Shown piece by piece: positions 1-10,836 of a stretch of DNA of 64,000 bases. Made by a program: the position numbers and the translations under genes. Positions within the stretch are counted from its first letter, which is position 1. Each line of letters opens with the position of its first letter. The notes below the pieces were generated by a model that saw only the letters and a list, made by a program, of their open reading frames with translations, did no database searches and had not been told where the DNA came from. The DNA lies in assembly GCF_013149785.1 (NCBI RefSeq), contig NZ_JABEZU010000001.1:682001-746000 (forward strand). Reading direction: 5' to 3'. Source of the stretch: Isoptericola halotolerans (lineage in GTDB: Bacteria; Actinomycetota; Actinomycetes; Actinomycetales; Cellulomonadaceae).

Positions 1-138
1 CTCGCTGCCGCGCTGGTCACCGGCGTCCTGCTGGTGTGGTTGGACGCGCCCTCGAACTGGCTGCTCCCCGCCGTCGCCGTGGTGGTGCTCCTCGTGAGCG
101 GGGCGACGGCGCGGTGGTGCTTGAGCCCGGCGGGGTGA
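1..138 (+). CDS. 3' end of a hydrophobic (membrane) protein, truncated by the window start
   Basis: Frame 1 reads LAAALVTGVLLVWLDAPSNWLLPAVAVVVLLVSGATARWCLSPAG* with high GC3 and is followed by a hairpin. Confidence 0.6.
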   Translation, partial: LAAALVTGVLLVWLDAPSNWLLPAVAVVVLLVSGATARWCLSPAG

Positions 139-155
139 CGTCGCGTGCCGGAGGA

Positions 156-196
156 CGTCGGAGGCCGCCGCCCCTGAGGGACAGCGGCCTCCGACG
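156..196. terminator. Hairpin between convergent genes, probable glp operon terminator
   Basis: CGTCGGAGGCCGC (156-168) pairs with GCGGCCTCCGACG (184-196); the inner part pairs further with G:U on the minus strand. Confidence 0.7.
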
Positions 197-208
197 CGGC
201 ACCGGGGG

Positions 209-1729
209 TCAGCGGGCCTCGGCGTCGTCGTCCACCCAGTCGAAGGTCTTGGTCACGGCCTTCTTCCACTGCCGGTAGAGGCGCTCGCGCTCCTCCTCCG
301 CGACCGACGGCGTCCAGCGCTTGCCCTCGGCCCAGTTGTCGGTGACGTCCTGCTCGCCCTGCCAGAACCCCACGGCGATGCCCGCGGCGTAGGCGGCGCC
401 CAGCGCCGTCGTCTCGGCGACCTCCGGGCGGACGACGTCGACCCCGAGCTGGTCGGCCTGGAACTGCATGAGCAGCTCGTTGGCGACCATGCCGCCGTCG
501 ACCTTCAGCTCGGTGAGCTCCACCCCGGAGTCCGCCCGCATGGCGTCCACGACCTCGCGGGTCTGGAAGGCGGTGGCCTCCAGCGCGGCACGGGCGATGT
601 GGTTGCGGTCCACGTACCGCGTGAGACCGACGAGCGCCCCGCGGGCGTCCGGACGCCAGTACGGGGCGAACAGGCCGGAGAACGCCGGGACGAAGTAGGC
701 CCCGCCGTTGTCGTCGACCTTGCGCGCCATGTACTCGATGTCCGGTGCGTCGGCGAACAGCCCGAGGTTGTCCCGCAACCATTGCACCAGCGACCCGGTG
801 ACGGCGATCGAGCCTTCCAGGGCGTAGACGGCGTCGGCGTCGCCGATCTTGTAGCAGACCGTCGTGAGCAGGCCGTTCTCGGACGGGACCTTCTCCGTGC
901 CGGTGTTGAGCAGCATGAAGTTGCCCGTGCCGTAGGTGTTCTTCGCCGTGCCGACCTCGAAGCAGGCCTGCCCGAAGGTCGCGGCCTGCTGGTCACCGAG
1001 GATCCCGGCGATCGGCACGCCCGGCACCATGCCGCGCGGACGGCCCCGGCCGTACACCTCGGACGAGGAACGGATCTCGGGCAGCATCGACAGCGGGATC
1101 CCCATGTCGGCGGCGATGTCCTCGCGCCAGCTCAGGGTGTCGAGGTCCATGAGCATGGTGCGCGAGGCGTTGGTGACGTCCGTGACGTGCACGCCCCCCT
1201 CGGTCCCGCCGGTCATGTTCCACAGCACCCACGTGTCGGTGTTGCCGAACAGGAGGTCGCCGCGCTCGGCGGCCTCGCGGGCGCCGTCGACGTTGTCGAG
1301 GATCCACTTGATCTTCGGCCCCGAGAAGTAGGTGGCCAGCGGCAGACCGACGACCGACTTGTACTTGTCGGCCCCCTCGTCGCCCCCGAGCTCGTCGACG
1401 ATCGCCTGTGTGCGGGTGTCCTGCCACACGATGGCGTTGTAGACGGGCTTGCCGGTGTTCTTGTCCCAGACGACGGCGGTCTCGCGCTGGTTGGTGATGC
1501 CGACGGCGGCGAGATCCTCGTGCGAGATGTTGCCGCGGGTCAGCGCCAGGCCGACGACCTCACGGACGTTGTTCCAGATCTGCTCGGCGTTGTGCTCGAC
1601 CCAGCCGGCCTTGGGGAAGATCTGGTCGTGCTCGAGCTGGCCCGTCGCGACGCTGCGACCCGAGTGGTCGAAGACGATGGCACGCGAGCTCGTGGTGCCC
1701 TGGTCGATGGCGAGGACGTAGTCGGCCAT
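209..1729 (-). CDS. glpK: Glycerol kinase
   Basis: [45 protein letters not shown] motifs; AGGAG RBS upstream of ATG 1729. Confidence 0.97.
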   Translation of the reverse strand: MADYVLAIDQGTTSSRAIVFDHSGRSVATGQLEHDQIFPKAGWVEHNAEQIWNNVREVVGLALTRGNISHEDLAAVGITNQRETAVVWDKNTGKPVYNAIVWQDTRTQAIVDELGGDEGADKYKSVVGLPLATYFSGPKIKWILDNVDGAREAAERGDLLFGNTDTWVLWNMTGGTEGGVHVTDVTNASRTMLMDLDTLSWREDIAADMGIPLSMLPEIRSSSEVYGRGRPRGMVPGVPIAGILGDQQAATFGQACFEVGTAKNTYGTGNFMLLNTGTEKVPSENGLLTTVCYKIGDADAVYALEGSIAVTGSLVQWLRDNLGLFADAPDIEYMARKVDDNGGAYFVPAFSGLFAPYWRPDARGALVGLTRYVDRNHIARAALEATAFQTREVVDAMRADSGVELTELKVDGGMVANELLMQFQADQLGVDVVRPEVAETTALGAAYAAGIAVGFWQGEQDVTDNWAEGKRWTPSVAEEERERLYRQWKKAVTKTFDWVDDDAEAR

Positions 1730-1778
1730 GCTGTGCTCCTTTGCTTGAGGGTGTTTCGATGCGATGGAAGGGCGCGGG

Positions 1779-2525
1779 TCAGCCGAAGGCGACCGCGGGG
1801 GCGAGCAGACCGGCGAGGATCCCACCGGTGACGGGGCCCGCGACGGGCACCCAGGAGTACGCCCAGTCGCTGGATCCCTTGCCCTTGATGGGCAGCAGGG
1901 CGTGCGCGATGCGCGGTCCGAGGTCACGGGCCGGGTTGATGGCGTAGCCGGTGGGGCCACCGAGGCTGGCACCGATGCCGACCACGAGCAGGGCGACGGC
2001 CAGCGGTCCGATGTCGCCGGGCCAGTTGCCGAAGTTCAGCACCACGAACACCAGGACGAAGGTGCCGATGACCTCGGTGACGAAGTTCCATCCGTAGGAG
2101 CGGATCTCCGGACCGGTCGAGAACACGGCGAGCTTGGTGGCGGGGGGCGCCTCCTCGTCGAAGTGCTTCTTGTACGCCAGGAACGCGAGCGTCGCGCCGA
2201 TGGCGGCTCCCGCGATCTGTGCCGAGACGTAGATGAACCCGTTCAGGGCGGTGACCGGGATGCCGGGACCGAACTCGGAGGCGCCGCTCGCCCAGATCCC
2301 GAACGTGACGGCCGGGTTGATGTGTGCCCCGGACTTGAACGCCACGAACACACCGGCGAAGACGGCGAGGCCCCAGCCGAAGTTGATCAGCAGCCAGCCA
2401 CCGTTGAACCCTTTCGACTTCGGCAGGATGACGTTGGCGACGACGCCGGCACCACCCAGCAGCAGGATCATCGTGCCCAGGAACTCGGTGATGAAGAGCT
2501 CACCTGACGACATTGTCGTACTCAC
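1779..2525 (-). CDS. glpF: Glycerol uptake facilitator (MIP/aquaglyceroporin)
   Basis: Two NPA motifs ([19 protein letters not shown]); lies between glpD and glpK. Confidence 0.95.
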   Translation of the reverse strand: MSTTMSSGELFITEFLGTMILLLGGAGVVANVILPKSKGFNGGWLLINFGWGLAVFAGVFVAFKSGAHINPAVTFGIWASGASEFGPGIPVTALNGFIYVSAQIAGAAIGATLAFLAYKKHFDEEAPPATKLAVFSTGPEIRSYGWNFVTEVIGTFVLVFVVLNFGNWPGDIGPLAVALLVVGIGASLGGPTGYAINPARDLGPRIAHALLPIKGKGSSDWAYSWVPVAGPVTGGILAGLLAPAVAFG

Positions 2526-2609
2526 CTTCTGTCGGACTTCGTTGTCGGATCCCCGGCGGGTGCCGGGGTCGTGCAGGGACGAACCAGTCGTGAGGGCCCG
2601 CAGAACCGG

Positions 2610-4355
2610 TCAGGAGCTGCGCAGCGGTTGCATCGGGGCGACGTCGGGCGCCTCTGCCCGCGCCCGCTCGGCGGACGCGTCGTCGGTCTGCCGCGCCGCG
2701 GCATCCTCGGCGTCGGCGCGGGACCGGTAGGCGTCGATCTCGGAGCGCTTCGTGTCCTCGTCCCAGCCGAGCAGCGGCGCGGCGATCTCGGCGATCTCCT
2801 CCAGCGCGGCGCGGCCCTTGTCGGGCACCTCGTAGACCAGCCGGGTGCGTCGCAGGAGCAGGTCCTCCAGGTGCAGCGCGCCCTCGTGGCTGACGGCGTA
2901 GTGGATCTCCGCGCGCAGGTACGCCGGGGCGTGCTCGAGCGGTCGGGCGAGCGAGGGGTCCTCCTCGCAGAGGGTGACGAGCTCGCGCAGCGCGGAGCCG
3001 TAGCGGTGCAGCAGGTGGTCGAGCATCGCCGGGCTCCACCGGTAGCGCTGCGACCAGGCGCGGGCCTGACGGCGGACGGCGGCCAGGCCGACGGCGCCGA
3101 TCAGCGGGATCTGGTGCGTCACAGACGGCAGGGCTTGCGCGCGCTGTCCGATCGCGAAGTCCACGGCGTCCTTGGCCATCACGCGATAGGTCGTGAGCTT
3201 GCCGCCGGCGATGACGGTGAGACCGGGGGCGGGGGAGGCGACGGTGTGCTCGCGGGACACCTTGGCCGAGCCGGTGCCCTCCTTCGTCCCGGGCTGCAGC
3301 AGCGGACGCAGGCCGGCGTAGGTGCCGATGATGTCGTCGCGGGTCAGGGGGTGCGCCAGGACGGCGTTGGCGTGGTCGAGGACGTAGTCGATGTCGGTGG
3401 CGGTGGCCACGGGGTGGACGGGCTCCTGCTCCCACGGGGTGTCCGTGGTGCCGATGATCCAGTAGCGCGACCAGGGGATGATGAACAGCACCGACTTCTC
3501 GGTCTGCAGGATCAGTCCGACGGTGCCCTTGATGCGCTCCCGGGGGACGACGATGTGGATCCCCTTCGACGCCAGCACCCGCAGCCCGCCCTCGTCGCCG
3601 GCGAGCGCCTCGGTGTCCTCGGTCCACACGCCGGTCGCGTTGATGACGTGCCGGGCGCGGACGCTGATCTCGCGTCCGGTCTCCAGGTCGACCACGACGG
3701 CGCCGTTGACGGCGCCCGTCGCGCTCTTGGTCAGGGCGACCACCTGGGTGCGGGACGCGGCGTGGGCGCCGTAGTCGACGGCGGTGCGCACGAGGGTGCT
3801 GACCAGCCGGGAGTCGTCCACCGAGGCGTCCCAGTACTGGACGGCGCCGATGGCGGCCTCGTGGGCCAGGTCGGGGAACTTGCGCGCGATCTGCCGCCGG
3901 CTGAGGTGGCGGTGGATGGGCATGGCACGGCGGCCCGGCGCGACGGCGGCCAGGGTGTCGTACAGCGCGATGCCGGCGCCGACGTACGCCCGCTCCCAGA
4001 CGCGGTGCTCGAGCGGGTACAGGAACGGCACGGGCTTGACCAGGTGCGGGGCGAGCTCCTTGAGCAGCAGGTCACGCTCGGTCAGGGCCTCGTGCACGAG
4101 GGAGAAGTCGAGCATCTGCAGGTAGCGCAGCCCGCCGTGGACGAGCTTGCTGGACCAGCTGGACGTGCCGGCGGACCAGTCCTGGGCCTCGACGATCGCG
4201 GTGGACAGGCCGCGGGTGACCGCGTCGAGGGCGATGCCGGCGCCGGTGACACCACCGCCGACGACCAGCACGTCGAGCTCGGTGGCGGGTTCCTGCGAGC
4301 TCTCCAGGGCTGCCAGTGCCCTGGAGCGTGACTCTGCCGTGAGTCGGGAGGCCAT
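2610..4355 (-). CDS. glpD: FAD-dependent glycerol-3-phosphate dehydrogenase/oxidase
   Basis: DVLVVGGGVTGAG, GTSSWSSKLVHGGLRYL, AGGKLTTYR; start placed at MASRLT after an AGAGGAG RBS. Confidence 0.95.
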   Translation of the reverse strand: MASRLTAESRSRALAALESSQEPATELDVLVVGGGVTGAGIALDAVTRGLSTAIVEAQDWSAGTSSWSSKLVHGGLRYLQMLDFSLVHEALTERDLLLKELAPHLVKPVPFLYPLEHRVWERAYVGAGIALYDTLAAVAPGRRAMPIHRHLSRRQIARKFPDLAHEAAIGAVQYWDASVDDSRLVSTLVRTAVDYGAHAASRTQVVALTKSATGAVNGAVVVDLETGREISVRARHVINATGVWTEDTEALAGDEGGLRVLASKGIHIVVPRERIKGTVGLILQTEKSVLFIIPWSRYWIIGTTDTPWEQEPVHPVATATDIDYVLDHANAVLAHPLTRDDIIGTYAGLRPLLQPGTKEGTGSAKVSREHTVASPAPGLTVIAGGKLTTYRVMAKDAVDFAIGQRAQALPSVTHQIPLIGAVGLAAVRRQARAWSQRYRWSPAMLDHLLHRYGSALRELVTLCEEDPSLARPLEHAPAYLRAEIHYAVSHEGALHLEDLLLRRTRLVYEVPDKGRAALEEIAEIAAPLLGWDEDTKRSEIDAYRSRADAEDAAARQTDDASAERARAEAPDVAPMQPLRSS

Positions 4356-4421
4356 CGGTCGTGCTCCTCTCGGTCGGTTCCCCACCAGGGCAACACCTCG
4401 GGAACGTTCTCGCAAGCCAGG

Positions 4422-4435
4422 TGCACGAACGTGCA
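4422..4435. promoter_or_regulatory. Palindromic putative operator of the glp regulator
   Basis: TGCACG-AA-CGTGCA in the divergent glpD/regulator intergenic region. Confidence 0.55.
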
Positions 4436-4495
4436 ATCCGCGGCTTCGCGGGGCATCCTGGGGCGGTGACAACCTCCCGGGAACGCGACGTCGTG

Positions 4496-5422
4496 ATGGC
4501 CGCGACCATGTACTACCTGCAGGACATGAAGATGGAGTCGATCGCGCGCCACCTGCGCACCTCGCGCTCCACGGTCTCGCGGCTGCTCAAGCGCGCGCGG
4601 GACACCGGCGTCGTGGAGATCACCCTGCGCCCGGCGCACTCCCGTGCGCCGGGGCTCGGCCGGGAGCTCGCCTCGCGGTACGGCATCGAGGTGTACGTCG
4701 TCCCGGTGGCAGACTCCGCCGACGACACCGAACGGCTCGGCCAGGTCGCCCGCACCGCCGCGCGACTCGTCTCGCGCTGGTTCGACTCGGACATGGTGCT
4801 CGGCGTCGCCTGGGGGACCACCCTGGCGGCGGTGGCCGAGCACCTGACCCACAAGGCGACCCGCGGTTCGGTGGTGGTCCAGCTCAACGGGGCGGCCAAC
4901 ACCCGGACGTCCGGGGTGAGCTACGCGGGCGGACTGATCGACCAGATCGGAGCCGCTTTCGAGGCGAACGTGCACCATTTCCCCGTCCCGGCCTTCTTCG
5001 ACTACGCCGAGACCCGCGCCGCGATGTGGCGCGAGCGGTCGGTGCGCCGGGTGCTGGACGTCCAGGCGCGCACCGACCTCGCGGTCTTCTCGGTCGGGGC
5101 GCTCACCGGGGTGCCCTCGCACGTGTACTCGGCCGGGTACCTCGACCCCGAGGACGTCGCCACGCTGGACCGCGCCGGCGTGGCCGGTGACGTCTGCACG
5201 GTGTTCCTGCGACCCGACGGCTCCTACCGGGACATCGACATCAACGCCCGTGCGACGGGGCCGACGCCCGACCAGCTCCGGCGCATCCCGCGACGGCTGT
5301 GCGCCGTCGCCGGCGACAACAAGATCGTCCCGCTGCGCGCGGCGCTCGCCGCCGGGGTGGTCACGGACCTCGTGGTCGACGAGGCCACGGCCGCGGGCCT
5401 CGCCGACGCGGCGGGAGACTGA
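4496..5422 (+). CDS. SorC/DeoR-type sugar-binding transcriptional regulator, likely the glp regulator
   Basis: N-terminal HTH (MYYLQDMKMESIARHLRTSRSTVSRLL), GVAWGTT and GDVC motifs; divergent from glpD. Confidence 0.9.
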   Translation: MAATMYYLQDMKMESIARHLRTSRSTVSRLLKRARDTGVVEITLRPAHSRAPGLGRELASRYGIEVYVVPVADSADDTERLGQVARTAARLVSRWFDSDMVLGVAWGTTLAAVAEHLTHKATRGSVVVQLNGAANTRTSGVSYAGGLIDQIGAAFEANVHHFPVPAFFDYAETRAAMWRERSVRRVLDVQARTDLAVFSVGALTGVPSHVYSAGYLDPEDVATLDRAGVAGDVCTVFLRPDGSYRDIDINARATGPTPDQLRRIPRRLCAVAGDNKIVPLRAALAAGVVTDLVVDEATAAGLADAAGD

Positions 5423-5482
5423 ACGTTCGTGCGCGCGGCGGGGTTCCTGCCCGGCCCGACGTCGCGGTCCTACAGTGGCGGG

Positions 5483-5995
5483 GTGCGCCCCGCGAGCTTC
5501 GTCGTCCGTCAGGCCCTCCCCGCCGACATCCGTGTCGTGCGGGACCTGGTCGAGCCGTACGCCGCCGAACGGATCCTGCTCGCCAAGGAGATGGTCGGCT
5601 ACTACGAGGCCGTCCAGGAGTTCGCGGTCGCCGACGCCGGACCCGACCACGGTGTCATCGGCTGCGGTGCGCTGCACGTGATGTGGGAGGACGTCGCCGA
5701 GATCCGCACGCTCGCCGTCGATCGCTCCTGGACGGGCCACGGCGTCGGTCACGCCCTGGTCACCGAGCTCATCGGCCGGGCGCGCGGCATGGGCCTGCGC
5801 CGCCTGTTCTGCCTGACGTTCGAGGTCGACTTCTTCGCGGCGCACGGCTTCGAGGAGATCGACGGCACCCCGGTCACGCACGAGGTCTACGCCGAGCTGC
5901 TGCGCTCCCACGACGACGGCGTCGCGGAGTTCCTCGACCTCGCCCGCGTCAAGCCCAACACCCTCGGCAACACCCGGATGCTGCTCGAGCTGTGA
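5483..5995 (+). CDS. Amino-acid N-acetyltransferase (short ArgA-type GNAT)
   Basis: GCGALHVMWEDVAEIRTLAV, LFCLTFEVDFF, KPNTLGNTRM; TACAGT -10 lies 6 nt before GTG 5483. Confidence 0.88.
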   Translation: MRPASFVVRQALPADIRVVRDLVEPYAAERILLAKEMVGYYEAVQEFAVADAGPDHGVIGCGALHVMWEDVAEIRTLAVDRSWTGHGVGHALVTELIGRARGMGLRRLFCLTFEVDFFAAHGFEEIDGTPVTHEVYAELLRSHDDGVAEFLDLARVKPNTLGNTRMLLEL

Positions 5996-5998
5996 GGC

Positions 5999-6877
5999 TC
6001 ACGCCGGCAGCAGGTAGCGCCCCGCGTCGTCGGTCTCCGCCAGGCCGTCCTCGACCAGCCCGGCGAGGCACCGGTCGAGCTGGTCCGGCGGACCGGCGTC
6101 GGCGAGCAGCGCCCGGTGCACGGGGGACTCGGCTCCCCGCAGCGCCGCCATGACGCGACCCCGCACCTGCCGGTCCGTGCCCTCCCAGGCCTGGGTCCGC
6201 CGTCGGGCGGCGTGCTCGTCCGCCGGGAACCCCGCGAGCCGCCACGCGCAGGTCGTCCGCAGCGGACAGTCGTCGCAGTGCGGCACCCGCGCGGTGCAGA
6301 CCAGGGCCCCGAGCTCCATCGAGGCGGCCGCCCACCGGGCGGCCGTGGCGTCGTCGTCGGGCACGAGGGACGCCGCGAGGCGGCGCTCGGCCGCCGTGTA
6401 CGACGGTGCGGGCAGCGCGACGCCGGTCACGGCGCGGGCCTGCACGCGGCGGACGTTCGTGTCGACGACGACGGCGCGGCGCCCGAACGCGAACGCCCGC
6501 ACCGCGGCGGCCGTGTACTCCCCGACGCCGGGCAGCGCCCGCAGCGCGTCCTCGTCCCGGGGCACCTCGCCGTCGTGCCGCTCGACGACGGCCCGGGCGC
6601 AGTCGGCAAGCCGCAGCGCGCGGCGGGGGTAGCCGAGGCGCCCCCAGGCGCGCAGGACGTCGGCGGTGGGTGCTGCCGCCAGGTCGGCGGGCGTGGGCCA
6701 GCGCCGCATCCACTCCCGCCACACCGGCTCGACCCGCACCACGGGGGTCTGCTGGAGCATCACCTCGCTCACCAGCACACCCCAGGGCGTCCTGTCCGCG
6801 GCACGCCAGGGCAGGTCCCGGGCGGCGTCGCCGAACCATGCGGTCACCCGCTCGACCAGTTCTTGCACGAGCGCCAT
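5999..6877 (-). CDS. mutY: A/G-specific adenine glycosylase
   Basis: RDLPWR, VSEVMLQQT, LGYPRRA, HhH LPGVGEYTA, VDTNVRRV, C-x6-C-x2-C-x5-C Fe-S motif; alternative start GTG 6868. Confidence 0.95.
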   Translation of the reverse strand: MALVQELVERVTAWFGDAARDLPWRAADRTPWGVLVSEVMLQQTPVVRVEPVWREWMRRWPTPADLAAAPTADVLRAWGRLGYPRRALRLADCARAVVERHDGEVPRDEDALRALPGVGEYTAAAVRAFAFGRRAVVVDTNVRRVQARAVTGVALPAPSYTAAERRLAASLVPDDDATAARWAAASMELGALVCTARVPHCDDCPLRTTCAWRLAGFPADEHAARRRTQAWEGTDRQVRGRVMAALRGAESPVHRALLADAGPPDQLDRCLAGLVEDGLAETDDAGRYLLPA

Positions 6878-6993
6878 TGTGCCTGGTCCGAGCCCCGGGT
6901 GATCCCGGCGGTGCAGCGGCGCGGCTTCGTGGTCGAGCGCTCGTGACGACGTAGCGTCTGCCGCAGGACGAAGTGTCAGGAGGCGGGGGCGCA

Positions 6994-8265
6994 GTGGCGA
7001 CAGCGAAGGACCGGGGTCGAGGCGACTCCTCGGGCGGACGGCGGGCGACGCGGTCCGCGCGGGCGTCGTCGGGCGGTCCGCGCACGTCCTCCCGGTCCTC
7101 GTCGTCGCGGACGACGGCGGCGCGCGGCGCCAGCGGTGCTGCCGGCAAGAAGTCGGCACCCCGTGCTCCGACGGCGAAGAGCAGCGGTGCGGCGAAGGGT
7201 TCGAGCACGAGGAAGCCGGCGGCGAAGGGCTCGACGGCGAGGAAGCCTGCCGCGAAGAAGCCCGCTCCGAAGAAGCCCGGCGCCGCACCGAAGAAGCCTG
7301 CTGCGAGGAGTGGCGGCCAGCGGGCGGCGGCCACGCGGCCTGCCGCGAAGACGGGCGCTTCCGGCAGGTCCGGTTCCACGAAGCGTGCCTCGGCCCCGCG
7401 GTCCGGGCGTGCCCCGTCGTCGACCGGCCGCCAGGGCGGCGGGTCGCGAGCGCGCGCGGTGACGACCAACGGCCTGGTCGCCCCCGGCGCGACGCCACGT
7501 CCGCGACCCAAGCCGTCGTCCCGCAGCACACCCCAGCGCCGACCGAAGAGGCCCACGGCACAGCAGCTGCGCCGTCGTCGAGCCGTCCGCAACGGCATGC
7601 TCGTCGTGCTGCTCAGCGTCGGGCTGCTGGTCGGCCTGGGAACGGCTGCGGGCTACGGCATCGGCCGAGCCGTCGACGTCGTCCGCGACGTGTGGCCCGA
7701 GGCAGGTCCGGACCTGACCTCCGACAAGGCGCTCCCCCCGGAGCCGATCGACCTGACCGGCCCCGCCGAGGCGTGCACGGCCGGCGCCGTCGCGCTGGAC
7801 CTGACCGCCGGCGCGACCACCCTGGTCAAGGGCGAGGTGCTGCCCTTCACCCTGCGCGTCACCAACGAGGGGCGCGTGCCGTGCCTGCTGGACGGTCGAG
7901 GCACCAGCATGCAGGTCGTGGTGACCGACGACGAGGGGGAGCGGGTGTGGTCCTCCGCCGACTGCGGTGCCGGGGGCGGGAGCGACCTGCTGCTGGGCGC
8001 CCGGAACACCCTGGACACCTGGGACACCACGGTCCGCTGGAGCGGGGCGTCCTCGAAGCCCGGGTGCGAGGGCGAGCGAGCGCGCGTCCCCGCGGGGGAG
8101 TACACGGCCACGATGACCCTGGCGGACGTCCCCGACGCCGTCGGTGACCCGGTGACGGTGACCGTGGTGGAGCCTCCGGCGAAGGAGTCCGCCGAGGATG
8201 ACGAGAAGCCTGCCGACGAGAAGTCGGGCGATGACGAGGAGCCGGCCGGCGAGTCGTCGGACTGA
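6994..8265 (+). CDS. Membrane protein: long basic K/A/S/R-rich N-terminus, one TM helix, Cys-containing extracytoplasmic beta domain
   Basis: AGGAGG RBS; KPAAKK-type repeats; RRRR followed by a hydrophobic helix; sits between mutY and disA like the mycobacterial Rv3587c position. Confidence 0.75.
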   Translation: MATAKDRGRGDSSGGRRATRSARASSGGPRTSSRSSSSRTTAARGASGAAGKKSAPRAPTAKSSGAAKGSSTRKPAAKGSTARKPAAKKPAPKKPGAAPKKPAARSGGQRAAATRPAAKTGASGRSGSTKRASAPRSGRAPSSTGRQGGGSRARAVTTNGLVAPGATPRPRPKPSSRSTPQRRPKRPTAQQLRRRRAVRNGMLVVLLSVGLLVGLGTAAGYGIGRAVDVVRDVWPEAGPDLTSDKALPPEPIDLTGPAEACTAGAVALDLTAGATTLVKGEVLPFTLRVTNEGRVPCLLDGRGTSMQVVVTDDEGERVWSSADCGAGGGSDLLLGARNTLDTWDTTVRWSGASSKPGCEGERARVPAGEYTATMTLADVPDAVGDPVTVTVVEPPAKESAEDDEKPADEKSGDDEEPAGESSD

Positions 8266-8291
8266 GTCCGCCTCCTCGCCGTACGGCCGAG

Positions 8292-9377
8292 CTACACGTA
8301 GCGCTCGAGGATGCTGGACTCCGCGAGCCGGGACAGCCCCTCGCGCACCGCACGGGCGCGCTGGTCCCCGACGCCGTCGACACCCATGAGGTCCTCGGCG
8401 CTGGCGGCGAGGAGCTTCTGCAGCCCGCCGAAGTGGGCGACCAGGCGGTCGATGATCGAGGTGGGCAGGCGCGGCACCTTGGACAGCAGCCGGTACCCGT
8501 GCGGGGCGACCGCGGCGTCGAGGGCGACGCCGCCACCGGGCAGGTCGAGGACACGTCCGATCTGGGACAGGTCCAGGAGCTGGGCCGAGTCCAGTGCGGC
8601 GAGGTCGGCGTGGACCTCCTTGATGCTGCGGCCCGACCGGTCCACGTCCACGTAGTCACGCACGACGAAGTCGCGGTCGGCGCCGATGCCGCCGATCAGC
8701 TCGTCGAGCTGCAGGGCGAGGAGCCGGCCGTCGGTGCCGAGCTCGACCACGTAGCCGTCGATCTCGTCGGAGATCCGGCGGACCATCTCGAGGCGCTGGA
8801 CCACCGCGCAGACGTCCCGGATGGTCACCAGGTCCTCGATCTCGAGCGCCGACAGCGTGCCGGAGACCTCGTCCAGGCGCGAGCGGTACCGCTCGAGGGT
8901 GGCGAGAGCCTGGTTGGCGCGGCCGAGGATGGTGTCCGAGTCCTCCAGGACGTGGCGCATGCCGCCGATGTAGATGGCCACGATCCGCATGGACTGGCTC
9001 ACCGAGACGATCGGCAGGCCGGTCTGCTTCGCGACCCGCTCGGCGGTGCGGTGGCGGGTGCCGGACTCGCTCGTCTCGATCGTGGGGTCCGGCAGGAGCT
9101 GGACGGCCGCACGCCGGATGCGGGTGTAGTCCCGGTCGAGCACGACGGCGCCGTCCATCTTGGACAGCTCGCGCAGCCGGGTGGCGGAGAACTCGACGTC
9201 GAGCACGAACCCGCCGGAACAGATCTCCTCGACCGTCTTGTCCAGCCCCAGCACGATCAGCGCCCCGGTGCGGCCGCGCAGGATGCGTTCGAGGCCGTCG
9301 CGCAGCTCGGTCCCCGGCGCTACCGCGGCAAGGGTCTCTCGCAGCAGGGCGTCGGGGTGCGCGTTGGAGGGAGCCAC
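8292..9377 (-). CDS. disA: DNA integrity scanning diadenylate cyclase
   Basis: [16 protein letters not shown] and RHR DAC motifs, C-terminal HhH; directly downstream of radA. Confidence 0.97.
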   Translation of the reverse strand: MAPSNAHPDALLRETLAAVAPGTELRDGLERILRGRTGALIVLGLDKTVEEICSGGFVLDVEFSATRLRELSKMDGAVVLDRDYTRIRRAAVQLLPDPTIETSESGTRHRTAERVAKQTGLPIVSVSQSMRIVAIYIGGMRHVLEDSDTILGRANQALATLERYRSRLDEVSGTLSALEIEDLVTIRDVCAVVQRLEMVRRISDEIDGYVVELGTDGRLLALQLDELIGGIGADRDFVVRDYVDVDRSGRSIKEVHADLAALDSAQLLDLSQIGRVLDLPGGGVALDAAVAPHGYRLLSKVPRLPTSIIDRLVAHFGGLQKLLAASAEDLMGVDGVGDQRARAVREGLSRLAESSILERYV

Positions 9378-9386
9378 CTGCGTATT

Positions 9387-10829
9387 CTACGACGGACTGC
9401 CCTGTCGGCCACGGGTTGTCCGACTGGTGTCGTCCTGTGCTGCGAGCTCCACGGCCTCGGCGATGTGCCGGGCCTCGGCCAGCCTGAGACCGGCGGGAGC
9501 CTTGACCGAGGTTCCGGCGGGGACGACGGCCCGGCTGAACCCCAGCCGAGCAGCCTCGGTGAGCCGTCGCTCGAGGCCGGTCACCGGGCGGATGTCGCCG
9601 GCGAGACCGACCTCGCCGACCGCGACGGTGCCGGAAGGCAAGGCGTCCCCCGTGCGGGCCGAGACGATCGCCAGCGCGGTGGCGAGGTCCGCGGCGGGCT
9701 CGGTGACCCGGGCCCCGCCGATCGTCGAGGCGTAGACGTCGGAGTCGGCCAGCCGCAGGCCCGCGTGCCGGTGCAGCACCGCGAGGATCATCGCGAGCCG
9801 CTGGGACTCGACGCCGCTGGTCGCCCGGCGAGGATTCGCCAGCGGTGACGGCGCCACCAGCGACTGGATCTCCAGGGCGAGCGGGCGGCGACCTTCCAGG
9901 GTCACGGTGACGCAGGTCCCCGGCACGCCGGCACCCAGGTGGGACAGGAACAGCCCGCTCGGGTCGCTGAGCCCGACGATGCCGGACTCCGACAGGTCGA
10001 AGCAGCCGACCTCGTCCGTGGGACCGAACCGGTTCTTGACGGCGCGGACCATGCGCAGCCGGGAGTGACGGTCACCCTCGAACTGGCACACCACGTCCAC
10101 CAGGTGCTCCAGGGTCCGTGGACCCGCCACCGTGCCGTCCTTGGTGACGTGCCCGACCAGGAGCACCGGCACCTGGCGTGCCTTGGCGGCCGCGATGAGC
10201 GCACCGGCCACCTCGCGCACCTGGCTGACCCCGCCCGGAGCGCCGTCGACCTCCGCCGAGGCGATGGTCTGCACCGAGTCCACGACCAGCAGCGCGGGGT
10301 CGGCGGCCTCCAGGTGCCCGAGCACGGTGGCGAGGTCCGTCTCCGCCGCGAGCAGCAGGGTGTCCGCGAGGGCCCCGATGCGCTCGGCCCGCAGCCGGAC
10401 CTGTCCGGCGGACTCCTCGCCCGTCACGTACAGCACCGGACGCGCCACGCCGTCCGCCCCGCGGGCCGCGTTCGAGGCGACCGAGAGCAGCAGCGTCGAC
10501 TTGCCGACGCCTGGTTCCCCGGCGAGCAGCACGACGGCGCCGGGGACCAGCCCGCCACCGAGCACCCGATCCAGCTCCTCCACCCCCGTCGGGGTCGCCC
10601 GGGCCGCGTCGACGTCGATCTCCGCGATGGGCCGGGCGGCCGAGCGCACCGGGTTCACCGCCGTCGTGCGTGGTCCCGCCGAGGCCGGACCCTCCTCCGC
10701 CACGGTGCCCCACTCCTGGCACTCCCCGCACCGGCCGACCCACTTCGCGGTGGTCCACCCGCACTCGGTGCAGCGGAACGCCGGGCGGGAGGACTTGGCG
10801 CGCGAGCGCGCGGAGGTCGTGGTGCTCAC
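9387..10829 (-). CDS. radA: DNA repair protein RadA/Sms
   Basis: C4 zinc finger (CTECG...CGEC), Walker A GEPGVGKS, KNRFG motif, Lon-like C-terminus. Confidence 0.97.
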   Translation of the reverse strand: MSTTTSARSRAKSSRPAFRCTECGWTTAKWVGRCGECQEWGTVAEEGPASAGPRTTAVNPVRSAARPIAEIDVDAARATPTGVEELDRVLGGGLVPGAVVLLAGEPGVGKSTLLLSVASNAARGADGVARPVLYVTGEESAGQVRLRAERIGALADTLLLAAETDLATVLGHLEAADPALLVVDSVQTIASAEVDGAPGGVSQVREVAGALIAAAKARQVPVLLVGHVTKDGTVAGPRTLEHLVDVVCQFEGDRHSRLRMVRAVKNRFGPTDEVGCFDLSESGIVGLSDPSGLFLSHLGAGVPGTCVTVTLEGRRPLALEIQSLVAPSPLANPRRATSGVESQRLAMILAVLHRHAGLRLADSDVYASTIGGARVTEPAADLATALAIVSARTGDALPSGTVAVGEVGLAGDIRPVTGLERRLTEAARLGFSRAVVPAGTSVKAPAGLRLAEARHIAEAVELAAQDDTSRTTRGRQGSPS

Positions 10830-10836
10830 GGTCGCC

